Below are positions 11,388 through 24,633 of a stretch of 64,000 nt of DNA, piece after piece (within the stretch, counting starts at the first letter, position 1; each line of letters starts with the position of its first letter). The notes under the pieces were generated by a model. It had not been told where the DNA came from. It ran no database searches and saw nothing but the letters and a program-made list of their open reading frames with translations. The stretch spans positions 2,790,001 to 2,854,000 of the forward strand of contig NC_043022.1 in assembly GCF_006345805.1 (NCBI RefSeq), written 5' to 3'. The translations under genes were made by a program, and so were the position numbers. Origin of the DNA: Octopus sinensis (taxonomy: Eukaryota).

Positions 11388-13749
11388 GGTGGCCAATTGT
11401 CAAGTGGTCTATGTTTAATGGCCATTCAGAGAGGCTTGTGGTTGATGATATCCTATAGCTGTCTGTCTCTCTCTTTGTGTTGATATCTGAAACACTTAAC
11501 ACTCGTTAAGTAGGCTCCACCTAACTTGAGATAGATGCCACAAACTACAGCTATAAAACCACTCCAGCCCTGTGTGTGTGTGTGTACGTGCATACACACA
11601 CACACACTCTCTCTCACTCACTCGCTCTCACTCTCTCAAGCTAGGACCATTTGACTTTACTAAGATCTTACAAGATTTTATAGCTCATCACAACTGTTGT
11701 TGTAAATCCACAACAGTAATAACTCTCCAGTATTTTCTGACTTAGTATATCTAGGACTACATTATCTAATGTGTCCGGTTTTTTTTTTGTTTTTGTTTTT
11801 TCATGATGATAAAGGATGTGATTTGCGAGAGATATGACTGACTGCTATTTCTAGCAGTGACTGTGTATGTGTCCCTCCATTCTTCACCTTAGAACTTGAA
11901 TATTTCATGGGGAGGAAATGACCCTTTTTCATTTTTTAAGGGTAATTAATGCTGTCCATTGGATTAACAGCAGACCTCTGTAAGGTGTGCAAGAGCTAAT
12001 GAAACATCCAACGTTGTCGTTCAACTTGCTAGAAATAACAGCCGAGTCCCTTTCAAATCATCCCTACCTCCTTACATTGTCATTCAACTTGCTAGAAATA
12101 CAGCCAGGTCCCTTTCAAATTGTCCCTCCTGCCAAGTCCCTTTCATATTGTCCCTACCACCTTAAATAAGAATAGGTCATAGTGAAATAATGTAGTTCTA
12201 TATAACCTTAAAAAGAGGATTAGGGTATACTGACCTAGGGCTGAACAATAATGCTATGTATGGCATGGTTGTGTGGTTAAGCAGCTTGCTTTTCAGTCCC
12301 ATGGTTTCAGGTTCAGTCCCATTGTGCAGAACCTTGGGTAAGTGTCCTCTAGTGTAGCCCTGGGCTGGCCAATGCCTGGTGAGTGGATTTGGTTGAGAGA
12401 AAATGCATGCAAGCCCATTGTGTGTTTTTGTGTTTGTCCCCCCAGCACATCTTGACAACCATTGTTGGTTTATTTACATCCATGTCACTTAGCCATTCAG
12501 CAAAAGACACTGATAGTACCAGATTTTAAAATTAGCACGGGGGTCAGTTTGTCCAGCTAAACCCGTGAAGGCTATGTTCCAGCATGGCCATAGTCTAACA
12601 GCTGAAACAAAGAGTGTATATGTGTGCACACACCGTTTACACGTTCTACACACAAAAGCAAAACCAAATTGCTCCACTGTCCATTGGTGGACTCTTAGAG
12701 TCTGGAAGAAAATCTTGAGGAATAAGTTTGATAATCCATTTTTTATCTTGGACTTGTTTCAGTCATTGGACTGTGGCCATGCTGGGGCTCTGCCTTTAAG
12801 AACTTTTGGTCAAATGAATCAACCCTAGTACAATTTTTTTTTTTTTATAAACCTGGTACTTGTTCTGTTGGTCCCTTTTACCAAATTGCTAAGTTACAGG
12901 GATGTAAACATACCAACACCAATTGTCAAGCAATGGTGGGGGTCATACACACACACACACGTGTGTATGTGTGAGACAGGCTTCTTTCAGTTTCTTTCTA
13001 CTAAACCCACATCCAAAGACATAGTAGAAGATATTTGCCGAAGGTGCCACACAGTGGGACTGAACTCGGAACCATGTGATTGGGAAGCAAGCTTCTTACC
13101 ACACAGCCACTGCTGTGTCTGTGGCATATAATTTTTTCCTACCAATACCAACTTTTCTCCTTTATCTCTTTAAGCTCCTGAAGCCAGCATTACAGAAATT
13201 AGTTACACAAATGCTTGTGTCATGGCCCTGAGTTTGTTTGTGTCCTCAAAAAAAGTGCACAAGCACTTTACACTTTATACTTCGGCACCATCATCATCGT
13301 TTAATGTCCACTGGGGACTGGCAAGTCAGGAGGCTGCACCAGGCTCCAATCTGTTTTGGCAGTGTTTCTACAGCCGGATGCCCTTCCTGATGCCAACCAC
13401 TCCGAGAGCATAGTGGGTGCTTCTTAAATGCCATCGGCACGGGAGCTAGTCAGGCGGCACTGGCATCAGCCACGTTCGGATGGTGCTTTTTACGTGACAC
13501 CAGCATGGGGGAGCCAGACAGGCAGGCGGGCAGGCAGGTATCATGGGCACTTTATACATGGCACCAGAATGTGACCCATAAATGGTCACTGGAATGTTGC
13601 CATTCCTGATAACCCTTCAAAATAATGATTTGTATTCCACATATCAGAAATGTGTTGACTAATCAACTTCATCATCGTCATATATACTTCTCTTTGTATA
13701 AAGTGAGTGTATACACAATAGGCATGTATTGTAAATATTTTACATGATG

Positions 13750-14188
13750 CTATGTATGTATGTGTGTGTGTGTGTGTGTGTATATGTATGTATGTGTGTG
13801 TGTATATATATATGTATGTGTGTGTATATATATATATGTATGTGTGTGTATATATATATGTGTGTGTATATATATATATGTATGTGTGTGTATATATATA
13901 TATATGTGTGTGTGTGTATATATATGTATGTGTGTGTGTATATATGTATGTGTGTGTATATATGTATGTGTGTGTGTATATATATATATGTATGTGTGTG
14001 TATATATATATATATATGTATGTGTGTGTATATATATATATATGTATGTGTGTATATATATATGTATGTGTGTGTATATATATATATATATGTATGTGTG
14101 TATATATATATATGTATGTGTGTGTATATATATATATATGTATGTGTGTATATATATATATGTATGTGTGTGTATATATATATATATA

Positions 14189-14229
<41 letters not shown>
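13750..14229. repeat. Compound (TA)n/(TG)n microsatellite
   Basis: About 480 bp of alternating TA/TG dinucleotides; source of the 170-186 aa YIYV/HTHI ORFs. Confidence 0.97.
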
Positions 14230-14232
<3 letters not shown>

Positions 14233-14821
14233 GGGGGTTTTTTTCTTTTCATTCCATAGTAGACAGTCTGTGTATTATCTGTTTAGCATAAAACCACAGC
14301 AAAAATGTTTGGAATGTTGAAAATTATAGATCAGCTTTTATGCTATTAAAGTAAATTTTTTTTTTTCACTCAAATAATAGACTTGTATTTTTGCTTGTCA
14401 GACATCCATAGTGGGGTTTGTGTGCATGTGACTCTTTTTATTTATTTTTTTATTCATTTTTTTTTTGTTTAATTCTATTTTTAATTTTCACAGTTTTTTT
14501 TTCCTTTTAAATCATTTTTTTTTTTTTTTTGCTTTTCTACTTTATTATATTTGTTTAGTTAGTAAAAGAGAATTACTGTCTGAATTTGTTTCAATCGGTC
14601 ACTGTTTTGTTACTTATCAGTATTGGTTTCATGTTCGCAATCCTGTTTCTCCTCACACACACAACACACTTTAGTGTTTGTGTACACACACACACACACA
14701 GTCGTAATCACTGGAATATTGGCATGCAGATTGAACACAGTACCAGTATTTTTGTTACTCGAGGCATCATCATCATCATCATTATTATTAATAGTAGTAG
14801 TAGTAGTAGTAGTAGTAGTAA

Positions 14822-15545
14822 TATTTTGCTTGTCACTACGTTCTGAGTTCAAATTCCACCAAGGTCAACTTTGCCTTTCATCCTTTCAGGGTTTATAAAT
14901 TAAAGTACCACTGAAACACTGGACATTGATGTAATTGACCAGTCCTCTCCCTAAAATGGCTACTCATGTGGCAAAATTTGAAACCATTATTATTATTAGT
15001 AGTAATAGTAGTATTAGTATTTCACCTGTCACTACGTTCTGAGCTCAGATTCTGCCACGGTCGACTTTGCCTTTCGTCCTTTCGGGGTCAATAAATGAAG
15101 TACCAGTGAACACTGGGCATCAATGCAATCAAATAATCCCCTCCCCACAAATTTCAGGCTATAGTAGAAAGGATTATTATTATTATTAAGGTGGTGAGTT
15201 GGCAGTGATTTGAACACCAGGCAAAATGCTTAGGAGTATTTTGTGTGTCTTTATATTCTAGGTTCAAATCCCACTGAGGCCGACTTTGCCTTTCATCCTT
15301 TCAGGGTCAAAATAAGTACCAGTTATGCACTGGGGTCACCACCACCCCCCAACAACTTGCTGGCTTTGTACCAATATCCTAAGATTATTCTGCCGAGGTC
15401 AACTTTGCCTTTCATCCTTTTGGGGTTGATAAATTAAGTACCAGTGAAACTTTGGGGTCAATGTAATCAGTTAGTCCCCTTCCCCAAAATTCCAGGCCTT
15501 GTGACTTTAATAAAAAGGATTATTATTAGGGTGTCGAGCTGGCAG
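14822..15545 (+). mobile_element. Second cluster of the same tRNA-SINE family (4-5 partial copies). Also at 1-175, 23170-23372, 27075-27292, 28555-29020, 29393-29600, 57670-57800, 63585-63740(-)
   Basis: Same B-box and CCTTTCATCCTTTC motif. Confidence 0.8.
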
Positions 15546-15924
15546 AATGGTTGGCACATCTGGGCAGAATCCTTTGCAGCATTTCCTTCCTCTGCATGTT
15601 CCAAGTACAAATTCCCAAATAATAGCTCCAATGTTTCCTTGGGGGTGGGATTTGAAAGGCAACTGAAAGAGGTTTAGGTAGGATTTGTGCTCTGGTCTCG
15701 TAAAACTCTCACCAGCAACAGCTTCCCAAACAGACCCAAAGGTTGGAGGGTTGTCACTTGATTGGCACAAAGGCCTCGTCCGCCTGGAGTCATAAGGAAT
15801 CACCAACATATGATAGGTGCAGCGATGCACTTTTACAGCACATTCCTTCATACTACTACTACTACTACTACTACTACACTGATGATTAAAAAACAATCAA
15901 CTACTGTTGTTTATTTAATCAGCT

Positions 15925-16325
15925 TCATCATCATCATCGTTTGATGTCCACTTTCCATGCTAACATGGGTTGGACGGTTCAACTGGGGTCTGGGAAGCCC
16001 AAAGGCTGCACCAGGCCAGTCAGATCTGGCAGTGTTTCTGCAGCTGGATGCCCTTCCTAACGCCAACCACTCTGAGAGTGTAGTGGGTGATTTTATGTGC
16101 CACCAACACAGGTGCCAGACGAGGCTGGCGAACGGCCACGCTTGGATGGTGTTTTTTATGTCCCACCGACACAGGTGCCAGACGAGGCTGGCGAACGGCC
16201 ACGCTCGGATGGTGTTTTTTATGTGCCACCGACACAGGTGCCAGACGTGGCTGGCGAACGGCCACGCTTGGATGGTGTTTTTTATGTCCCACCGACACAG
16301 GTGACAGACGAGGCTGGCGAACGGC
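15925..16325 (-). mobile_element. RTE-LINE 3'UTR copy with ~3.5 tandem 65-bp modules
   Basis: (CAT)n tail at 15925. The repeat CACAGGTGCCAGACGAGGCTGGCGAACGGCCACGCTYGGATGGTGTTTTTTATG occurs 3-4 times. Confidence 0.85.
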
Positions 16326-16882
16326 TTCTTTCTTACAAAACTCTTGCAAGTCTCTATTTTACAAATTTTATTCAGATTGTGGTTGAGATTAAGTTTTATA
16401 CATTTTTGACATCAGAGTATATGACCGACAATTTTGGCAATTTCTTTCATTTAATTTTTAATTTACATATATTTTTTTGCTTTTTTCATTATTTCTGTTA
16501 ATATATTGTTAAATGCTGTTATAATCATCAGTATACATATCATCAATATAAATAACCACAATACAAATAATAGTTCTCTCTCTGACTTGGTGCATCATAT
16601 CTATATATAGAAACGAAAATACACAGAAATTTTATGTTGGACAAAATATATATTTTTTATGAAATAAAACATTTACACTCTCAGCTAGTTTCACTTGTGG
16701 TAATTTTACAATTTTACAGTTTTCATTACAAATTAGTTGGAAGAAAGATGGAATGAAAACTTCTTACAATAGCATGAAGCTGTAACATTATCAGTATCTC
16801 CTTAGTCATGATTAGCACAAGTGAAACCAGTTGACTATGTCAATATTTTATTTCCTTCATATATATGTGTGTGTGTATGTGT

Positions 16883-17203
16883 GTAGTTTGATTCCCAGAC
16901 CGGGCGTTGTGAGTGTTTATTGAGCGAAAACACCTGAAGCTCCGGCAAAGGATGGTGGTGATCCCGGCTGTACTCTTTCACCACAACTTTCTCTCACTCT
17001 TACTTCCTGTTTCTGTTGTACCTGTATTTCAAAGGGCCGGCCTTGTCACTCTCTGTGTCACGCTGAATATCCCCGAGAACTACGTTAAGGGTACACGTGT
17101 CTGTGGAGTGCTCAGCCACTTACACATTAATTTCACGAGCAGGCTGTTCCGTTGATCGGATCAACTGGAACCCTCGTCATCGTAACCGACGGAGTGCTTC
17201 CAT
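16883..17203 (+). mobile_element. Third SINE family (5'-truncated). Related minus-strand pieces at ~32120-32340 and ~60030-60300
   Basis: GTTTGATTCCCAGACCGGGCGTTG B-box end. The body GTGTCTGTGGAGTGCTCAGCCACTT...AATTTCAC...GGCTGTTCC is shared in reverse with 60030-60160. Confidence 0.65.
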
Positions 17204-18639
17204 CCATGTGTGTAGGTATGTATACTTCATTTTTGGATTTGGTTTGCAAGATTCTTTATGCAAGTTTGTGTATTGAAGCATATGTTGTTCTGTCTGGGGA
17301 GGATCATTCTCTCTTAATGCTGGTGAGTGTGTTAAATAAGGCACTAAAAGACAATGACTCTCCCCAGACACAACAATACGTGTGTGTGTATATATATATA
17401 TTGTCCAATATAAAATTTGTCTACATTTTCCTTTCTATATTTTTCACTACAATTCACTGCAGGGAGAGAGACATTATCAATTCTTTTCATTATATATACA
17501 GTGTACTGTCCACATGTCAGTAGGATCAGCAGAAATCTACTCAACTCAGTGAGAGATGAGTGTTATGTAATGAATACACTAAGTTATACATGAGCTACTG
17601 CAAGTTTCATGCTCTGATAGTGCTGTAATTGGACAGGCTTGTGTACCATACCAAATTTGAGCCTGATTGCTTACCAGATTGTGCAGTGTACATTGTACCC
17701 ACCTGTTCAATTCCTGCACTATCTGAGCAACTTGACATAGTTTATGTATTACTCCTATATTTATGAAATGTGTGTGAATAAAGTTTTTAGTGTACAGAAA
17801 AGTATGATGATTAGGTGGAAGGAGGGAAGCTATCATTCCTTAATCGGTTTATATATAAAGTATGACAAGGTCCTTTGATTTTCTGAAGGAAATCCAAATT
17901 GACTTGGGCAGATTTGAAGACCATTCAGTTGTCAGATAAATCTTCTCTCTTTTCTTTCACTTGTGTCAGTTATTAGATTACGGCCATACTGGAGCACTGT
18001 CTTGAAGTTTTAGTGAAATGAATCTACCCTGGTACCTGTGTTTGCTCCTTTTTCTTTTCGAGTTTGGTGCTTATTTTGTCGGAATTTTTTGTTGAACTGC
18101 TAAGTTACTGGGTCGTAGATACACCAACATTAGTTGTCAAGCAGTGGTGGGGGACAGAAAGACACACACACATATGCAAGACAGGCTTTCAGTTTCCATC
18201 TACCAAATCGACTCATGGTTTTGGTCAGCCAGAGGGACTGAACCCAGAACCATGTGGTTGGGAAGCAAATTTCTTAACACACAGCTTCTCCTGTGCCTGT
18301 TGTTCTTTTTTTTCCTTCTTTGTCATTTTTTTTTTCTTTAACCTATTTGACACTCCATTGTCATGTCAGAAAAGTGTGTTCAAATTTCAGAAATGATAAA
18401 AGCTACAAAAAAACAAAAAAATGCTACAATAAAAATACTTTTCTTGTTAATTCAAATGGCTTTGGAAAGGATTAAAATAAACGGGAGGGAAAACCCCCCA
18501 AAAGACACAAATTTATCTGGCAACCCAATATTTGTATATAACCAAGAAATAGTACCTCAATTAATTTCAATTAAGTGGAATAATCTTTTATATATATATG
18601 CGTCTCTCTTTTTCTTACTATATATATACATATATATAT

Positions 18640-18810
18640 ATTTATTTTATAGAAGGAGCTTCTACAGGACTAGAACTGTTTCATTCAGATGAAATCTTCA
18701 GGAAGCTGGCTGTCAAAATAAGTTCTGCTTATTTTGACAGCCAGCTTCCTGAAGATTTCATCTGAATGAAACAGTTCTAGTCCTGTAGAAGCTCCTTCTA
18801 TAAAATAAAT
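18640..18810. repeat. Perfect 83-bp inverted repeat with 5-nt loop
   Basis: 18640-18722 is the exact reverse complement of 18728-18810; the spacer is TTCTG. Confidence 0.97.
18743..18793 (+). ncRNA. Type I hammerhead ribozyme motif (Penelope-like-element type); identical antisense copy in the left arm 18640-18722
   Basis: Stem I AGCTTC/GAAGCT; core CTGAAGA 18749-18755; stem II TTC-ATCT-GAA with a U.U closing mismatch; GAAA 18768-18771; stem III ACAG/CTGT; GUA cleavage triplet ending at 18787. Folded by eye. Confidence 0.7.
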
Positions 18811-18878
18811 TACTTTACTCTGCTATGTATTGAGTACCTTATTTACTGTGGTTAACCCCGACTCAACCCGGGACCTAC

Positions 18879-18923
<45 letters not shown>

Positions 18924-19423
18924 TCTAGTACACAGGTGTGTAAAATACAATTATTGGCTCCATCTTACCAATGTACTACAGGTGCAAAAAAGGTGTCAAA
19001 ACAATTATAGTGATTGTAAATAATGCTATCTATTACCATTTGCTATCGTTTATGTATCTATCATATATATAAATTTAAGTCACAATATATGGATTCAAGT
19101 AATCCGGTAATTTATTTATTAAATGTGATAATGTAAATTATTGATATGTTATTAAGTTATGAAACAATTTGTTGTGAAATTAGGATTTAATTATTAAATA
19201 AAATGTCATCAAACTATTTCTCTGCCACTTGTGAATATATATATATATATATAAACAATTATATGGTTAATGGACAATATGTCCAATTTTTCAGCATATT
19301 TGGCATTAGAATTCTTTTCGTTTGCCCTTATTTATGAATTGTTTATAAATTTAACCTTTAAAGGTATTTTTTGATATGCTGGCCATTGATAAAATCTTTT
19401 TCAAAAAAATTTTATCCGACATT

Positions 19424-19469
<46 letters not shown>

Positions 19470-19501
19470 GACTGCTACATTTAGGTGGCAAATATACTTC
19501 A

Positions 19502-19559
<58 letters not shown>

Positions 19560-20806
19560 TACTGTTCTGCAATGGCAAGATCAACTTAAAAAGTACTCCA
19601 TCTGGTGAGAGATAAATATTATGTAATAAAGACACGTTTTTCTGTGTTATTATTAGTTTCATGTGCTGAGAGCATGCCAGACTGTGTCCTGCGTGGCACA
19701 GTCATCAGACACTACCCACATGGCGTAACAAACTAATACATCATCATTTTAATGTCCTTGTTTCCATGCTGTCAGGGGTTGGATGGTTTGACAGGAACCA
19801 ATGGGGTCAAGGGACTGCACTGAGCTCTAATGTCTGCTTTGGCATGGTTTTTACTGCTGGATGCCCTTCCTAACACCAACCACTTTACACCATGGTGTGT
19901 GTGTGTGTGTGTATATATATATTTGTGTGCGTATGCATATACACATCCCAACTCTCATTTCGTGAAATTCTTATTAAAAAACTACTAAATCCTTAGCTAA
20001 GTACCAGCTCTCCCCCACCCCACCTGGATGCCTAATTTTATTTTCACAAATTGTTTTCATCCTTGCATTTAGAGATGTTGCTACGAGATCCCTCTGCTGT
20101 CTTATCTGGACGATAAGGAAAAGGTCTGGGAGAATTTTTTTTTTATGTATCTTTTCTGCATTTAGATATCATCTCTTAGGATTATTATCATTATTATTGT
20201 TGTTGTTGCTATTACCACTACTACCATCTCACCTGATTAATATTAAGCACTTAGCCATTAAACTAACCATTATGCTCCTTATTCCTGTTCTATTTGTTAA
20301 ATTTCAGTTAATGTTTTTAATTAAAAATCTAAAATAATATTTAACATTTAATTAATGCTTCGTTTGAATAACTCATTAGTTTGTTGTTTCAAATGCTTCT
20401 GCATACAATTTCATTGCTTTTAAGATATATCTTCTGGTGTGGGAAAATATACGTTGTAACAACAAAGTCAAGCCAAATAGCGATATTCTGGAATTGTTTA
20501 ATATGCACATTTCAAGTTTTCGTAACATATAATAGGAAATGCATCTATTATGTAAACCTTTCTCAGTTAAAGCATCTCAGAATATGAAGAAATTCATAGA
20601 AATATTTTCTTCTCTTCCCTATTATCATCATCATGATCGGTTAACGTTGAACCTGCACTAGACTTTTGTGTCTGTTTTGGCAGAGTTTTTACAACCGGGT
20701 GCTCTTTCTATCTTTCTTTAAATATCTTTCTCTTCTTTTTTTCTCTCCCTCTCTTCCCTTTTCTCCCTCCCCCACCCATATGCATATCTATCCTCCTTCT
20801 GCTCTA

Positions 20807-20853
<47 letters not shown>

Positions 20854-21740
20854 AAATATTTCTATCAATTTCTTCACATTTTGTAATGTTTTAACTGAAG
20901 ACGGTTTACGTAATGGATCCAGTTCCTATTACATATTTGGAAAACCCGAAATGTACATACTAAATGCTTTCAAAATATCACTGTTTCATTTTACTTTGTT
21001 GTTACAACTTACACGACTTTGTGCTGATACAAATTAACCAGTCTGGGCGCCACTTACGCAGATATTCTAACAACAATTTGCAGTATTTGACTTAAGTCAA
21101 CAATTGTGGTACCAGGTACTGCTTCTTAACATAACATGAAACATATATATCAAATATTTTTTTAAATGATTAACGATCCGAGGTGAAATATTTGATATTT
21201 TCTCTATATAGGGACGTAGACCAAGCTAACAAATTTGTTCTGTGATAGATTTAAAAATCCAGGTAATCCGAATTTAACAAACTCACCAATCCAATTTGTA
21301 AATCCAAGGTTTGGTCATCAAGTAAAATTGATACGTTACAGAATAATATAGAAAATACATTAATTTAATGAATATTTATACATTTTATTCCAGTTAGCTT
21401 AGACATGTTTCTGATAAAATTTGGAGAGACCTAGTTCCCTATTGCAATAACTACATAGGCGTATGTGTGTGTATGTCTGTGTCTCATACACTGTTCTGTT
21501 ATTGAGAAGATTCACAAAAAGTATTCCATCCAATGAGAGTTAAGTGTTAGTATGATATACACAAGATTTAAATGTGAGCTACTTTAAGTTTCATGTTCCA
21601 ATAGTAAAGTAGTTGGACAAGCTTGTACAGCTTGCCCTGCATTATCGTAGCCCTTCAGGCTCAAGAAGGATTGTGGGATGGTTTGGCCATTTTACATTGC
21701 CCCACTTTACTCATTTGTAAATGAGTACCAGCTGTGTGTC

Positions 21741-22255
21741 CCTGCCTCCCTCTCTCTTTCTCCCTCCTTCTCTCCCTCCCCATCTCTTTCTCTCTTTCAC
21801 CCTCTTTCTCTCCCTCACTCTCTTCCTCTCCCTCATCCTCTTTCTCTCCCTCATCCTCTTTCTCTCCCTCACCCTCTTCCTCTCCCTCACTCTCTTTCTC
21901 TCCCTCACCTTCTTTCTCTCCCTCACCTTCTTTCTCTCCCTCACCTTCTTTCTCTCCCTCTCTCTTTCTTTCCCTCACCCTCTTTCTTTCCCTCACCCTC
22001 TTTCTTTCCCTCACCCTCTTTCTCTCCCTCACCTTCTTCCTCTCCCTCACCTTCTTCCTCTCCCTCACTCTCTTTTTCACCCTCTTCCTCTCCCTCACTC
22101 TCTTCCTCTCCCTCACTCTCTTCCTCTCCCTCACTCTCTTCCTCACCCTCACCCTCTTCCTCTCCCTCACCCTCTTTCTCTCCCTCACTCTCTTTCTCTC
22201 CCTCCCCTTCTTTCTCTCCCACCCTCCCTTTCTCTCCCACCCTTCATCCCTCCAT
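21741..22255. repeat. Polypyrimidine minisatellite, 18-bp unit (CTCTTYCTCTCCCTCACY)
   Basis: The + strand is almost exclusively C/T with about one A per unit. It produces the spurious RERKRV/EKEGEG ORFs. Confidence 0.95.
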
Positions 22256-23413
22256 TCTATCTGTTGCATTCTTTCTGTTCAGCTAGGTCTTGGATGCGAG
22301 GGCTGACTGGGTAACTATGTCTGCTTGTGACTACACACACACACACACACACACCTCCCCACCTCCTAAAATACTTAGTGAAAGCCACAAAACTCACGAG
22401 TGATGAGTGACATTTTTTTTTTCTGGTCCACACCTTAACAAATGCACATCAACTATTTGTTAAATGCAATTTTAAGAAATATTCTATACTCACCCACCTG
22501 TTCATAATTTCTTTGGTTGTTGCACCTCATCTAGATAGCAACTGCTCCAGTAGGGGCTTATTAATTATATGCACTTGCACGCACTATAACCCTTGTGATT
22601 ATCTCCCCTTCTTAAGCGCAACTGCTGTTTGATAATTTTGATAAATTGAGCGTTTGTCTTTTATGGTGTTTGACATACCTGTATTAGTCTATATGTTGGC
22701 AAGCATGACTGTGTGATAAGAAACTTGCTTCCCAACCACATGGTTCTGGGTTCGGTCCCAATGCATGGCACCTTGGTTAAGTGTCTCCTACTGTAGCCTA
22801 GGGCTGACCAAAGCCTTGTAAGTGGATTTGGTAGAAAGAAACTGAAAGAAGCCCATCGTATATATATTTATGTGCGTGTTGTGTCTGTGTTTGTCCCACC
22901 ACCATCACTTGACAACCAATGTTGGTGTGTTTACATCCCCTCCATAACTTAGCGGTTCAGAAAAAAAAGAATAGAATAAGTACTGGACTTACAACAAACA
23001 AGTCTTGGGGTTGATTTGTTCAATTAAAACCCTTGGAGTTGGTGCTCCAGCATGGCCACAGTCAAATGACTGAAACAGTTGCCCAGACTTGTGCCTTGGA
23101 AGGAAACTTTCTAGGTGCAATTCCATGGTCATTCATGACCGAAGGGGGTCTTTCTCCCTTTTTTTTATATAAGGGGAAATGCTTAGTGGTATTTTGTCTG
23201 CTGTTACATTCTGAGTTCAAAATCCGCTGAGGTCAATTTTGCCTTTCATCCTTTCGGGGTCGATAAATAAAGTACCAGTTACGCACTGGGATCGATATAA
23301 TCGACTTAATCCCTTTGTCTGTCCTTGTTTGTCTCCTCTATGTTTAGCCCCTTGTGGGCAGTAAAGAAATATATATATAAGGGGAGGATGTGTGTGTATG
23401 TATGTGTGTGTGA

Positions 23414-23465
<52 letters not shown>

Positions 23466-23480
23466 GAAAGAATGAATGGA

Positions 23481-23752
23481 GACGATTTTAACAAAATTCC
23501 TTTACTCTCGACACATGTTTCGAAGGCTGCATATTCCTAATTCCGAAGGAATAAAGGGTGCATTATGCCGCCATCTCATCAGGAAATCATGTGGGCAGTC
23601 ATCTAAAAGTTTTTGCTCTTCATGGTGCTGACATAAGTTCCTTGTCTTTCCTGATGAGATGGCGGCATAATGCACCCTTTATTCCTTCGGAATTAGGAAT
23701 ATGCAGCCTTCGAAACATGTGTCGAGAGTAAAGGAATTTTGTTAAAATCGTC
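23481..23752. repeat. Perfect 106-bp inverted repeat with 60-nt spacer
   Basis: 23481-23586 is the exact reverse complement of 23647-23752. The outer flanks pair imperfectly for about 16 more bp. Confidence 0.97.
23635..23739 (+). ncRNA. Type I hammerhead ribozyme motif with long stem II and minimal stem III; antisense copy at 23481-23586
   Basis: CTGATGA 23651-23657; G-C-closed stem II (GATGGCGGCATA/TATGCAGCCTTC, 2 mismatches); GAAA 23712-23715; 2-bp stem III with ATGT loop; GUC triplet 23721-23723; stem I about 16 positions with a 2x2 internal loop. Confidence 0.75.
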
Positions 23753-24031
23753 GTTCGACTCCATTCTTTCATTTTTTCATAGTTAAAAAAAAACACACGA
23801 GGACACGGGATCCCTGCCCTTGGCATATAGCTTCAACCGTGTTTTTTGACGTGAATTTGCTACCCGGGTATCGGTTAACCGAATTATCCATACTAGGATA
23901 ATTCATTCACCTTCTTAAATATATAAATATATATATATATATACACGCACACATATATATATAACAGTGGTACATCAGCATGGCTGCAGCTCTGAGCTGA
24001 AACTTCACAAAAAAGAAACAAAAAAAAATAT

Positions 24032-24241
24032 CAGTTCCATAAAGTTGCCACATGGTCTGGTTTTGACTTTGAAATTTGATGATTTCTACGCGCGTATGGC
24101 AGTGCTAATTGAACTTTATGAACATTACTAAATATTGTTTTTAATGTTTAACGCACTTCAACATTGTAAAAAAAAATTTGTTTTTTAAATACAATAATAA
24201 AAAATGTGAAAACCAGACCATGTTGTAACTTTATTCAACTG
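24032..24241. mobile_element. MITE with 36-bp terminal inverted repeats (5 mismatches)
   Basis: CAGTTCCATAAAGTTGCCACATGGTCTGGTTTTGAC / GTGAAAACCAGACCATGTTGTAACTTTATTCAACTG. TSD not clear; superfamily not assigned. Confidence 0.65.
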
Positions 24242-24462
24242 ACATATTATTCTATACCGATTTATACATTTCTATATTTAAGAGATGAGGAATTATGTAC
24301 ATTATTTACATATGACGGATATTTGTCCTCATCTTGTTTGTTGTTAACACAACATTTCAGCTGATATACCCTCCAGCCTTCATCAGGTGTCTTGGGGAAA
24401 TTTTGAACCTGGGTTCTCATTCCAAAGGTATTCTTCGATATTATTATTATTGTTCAGGTTAC

Positions 24463-24540
24463 GGGCAAATAGCGTAGTGGTTAAGAGTGCGGGCTACTAA
24501 CCCCAAGATTCCGAGTTCGATTCCAAGCAGTGAGCTGAAC
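24463..24540 (+). mobile_element. tRNA-derived Pol III head (SINE-like), not a functional tRNA
   Basis: Box A-like TAGCGTAGTGG 24470-24480 and box B-like GAGTTCGATTCC 24513-24524. It has an anticodon-like hairpin GGG-CTACTAA-CCC but no acceptor stem and a poorly paired T-stem. Confidence 0.7.
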
Positions 24541-24633
24541 AATAATAATAATGATGATAATAATAATAATAATAATAATAACAACATCGAAGAATACCTT
24601 AGGAATGAGAACCCAGGATCGAAGTTTCCCCAA

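Noticed and set aside
13740-14320. 170-186 aa ORFs, and similar ones at 44326-45343 and 21661-22314
   Set aside because: They are translations of dinucleotide microsatellites and a pyrimidine minisatellite.
20895-20960. CTGAAGACGG ... CCCGAAATGTA hammerhead-like words
   Set aside because: No stem I can be formed and stem II is mismatched; at best a heavily decayed remnant.
24463-24540. tRNA gene
   Set aside because: A/B boxes are present but there is no acceptor stem and the T-stem is broken; it is a SINE-type head. The same applies to the tRNA-like heads near 32280-32340, 60230-60300 and 63750-63810.
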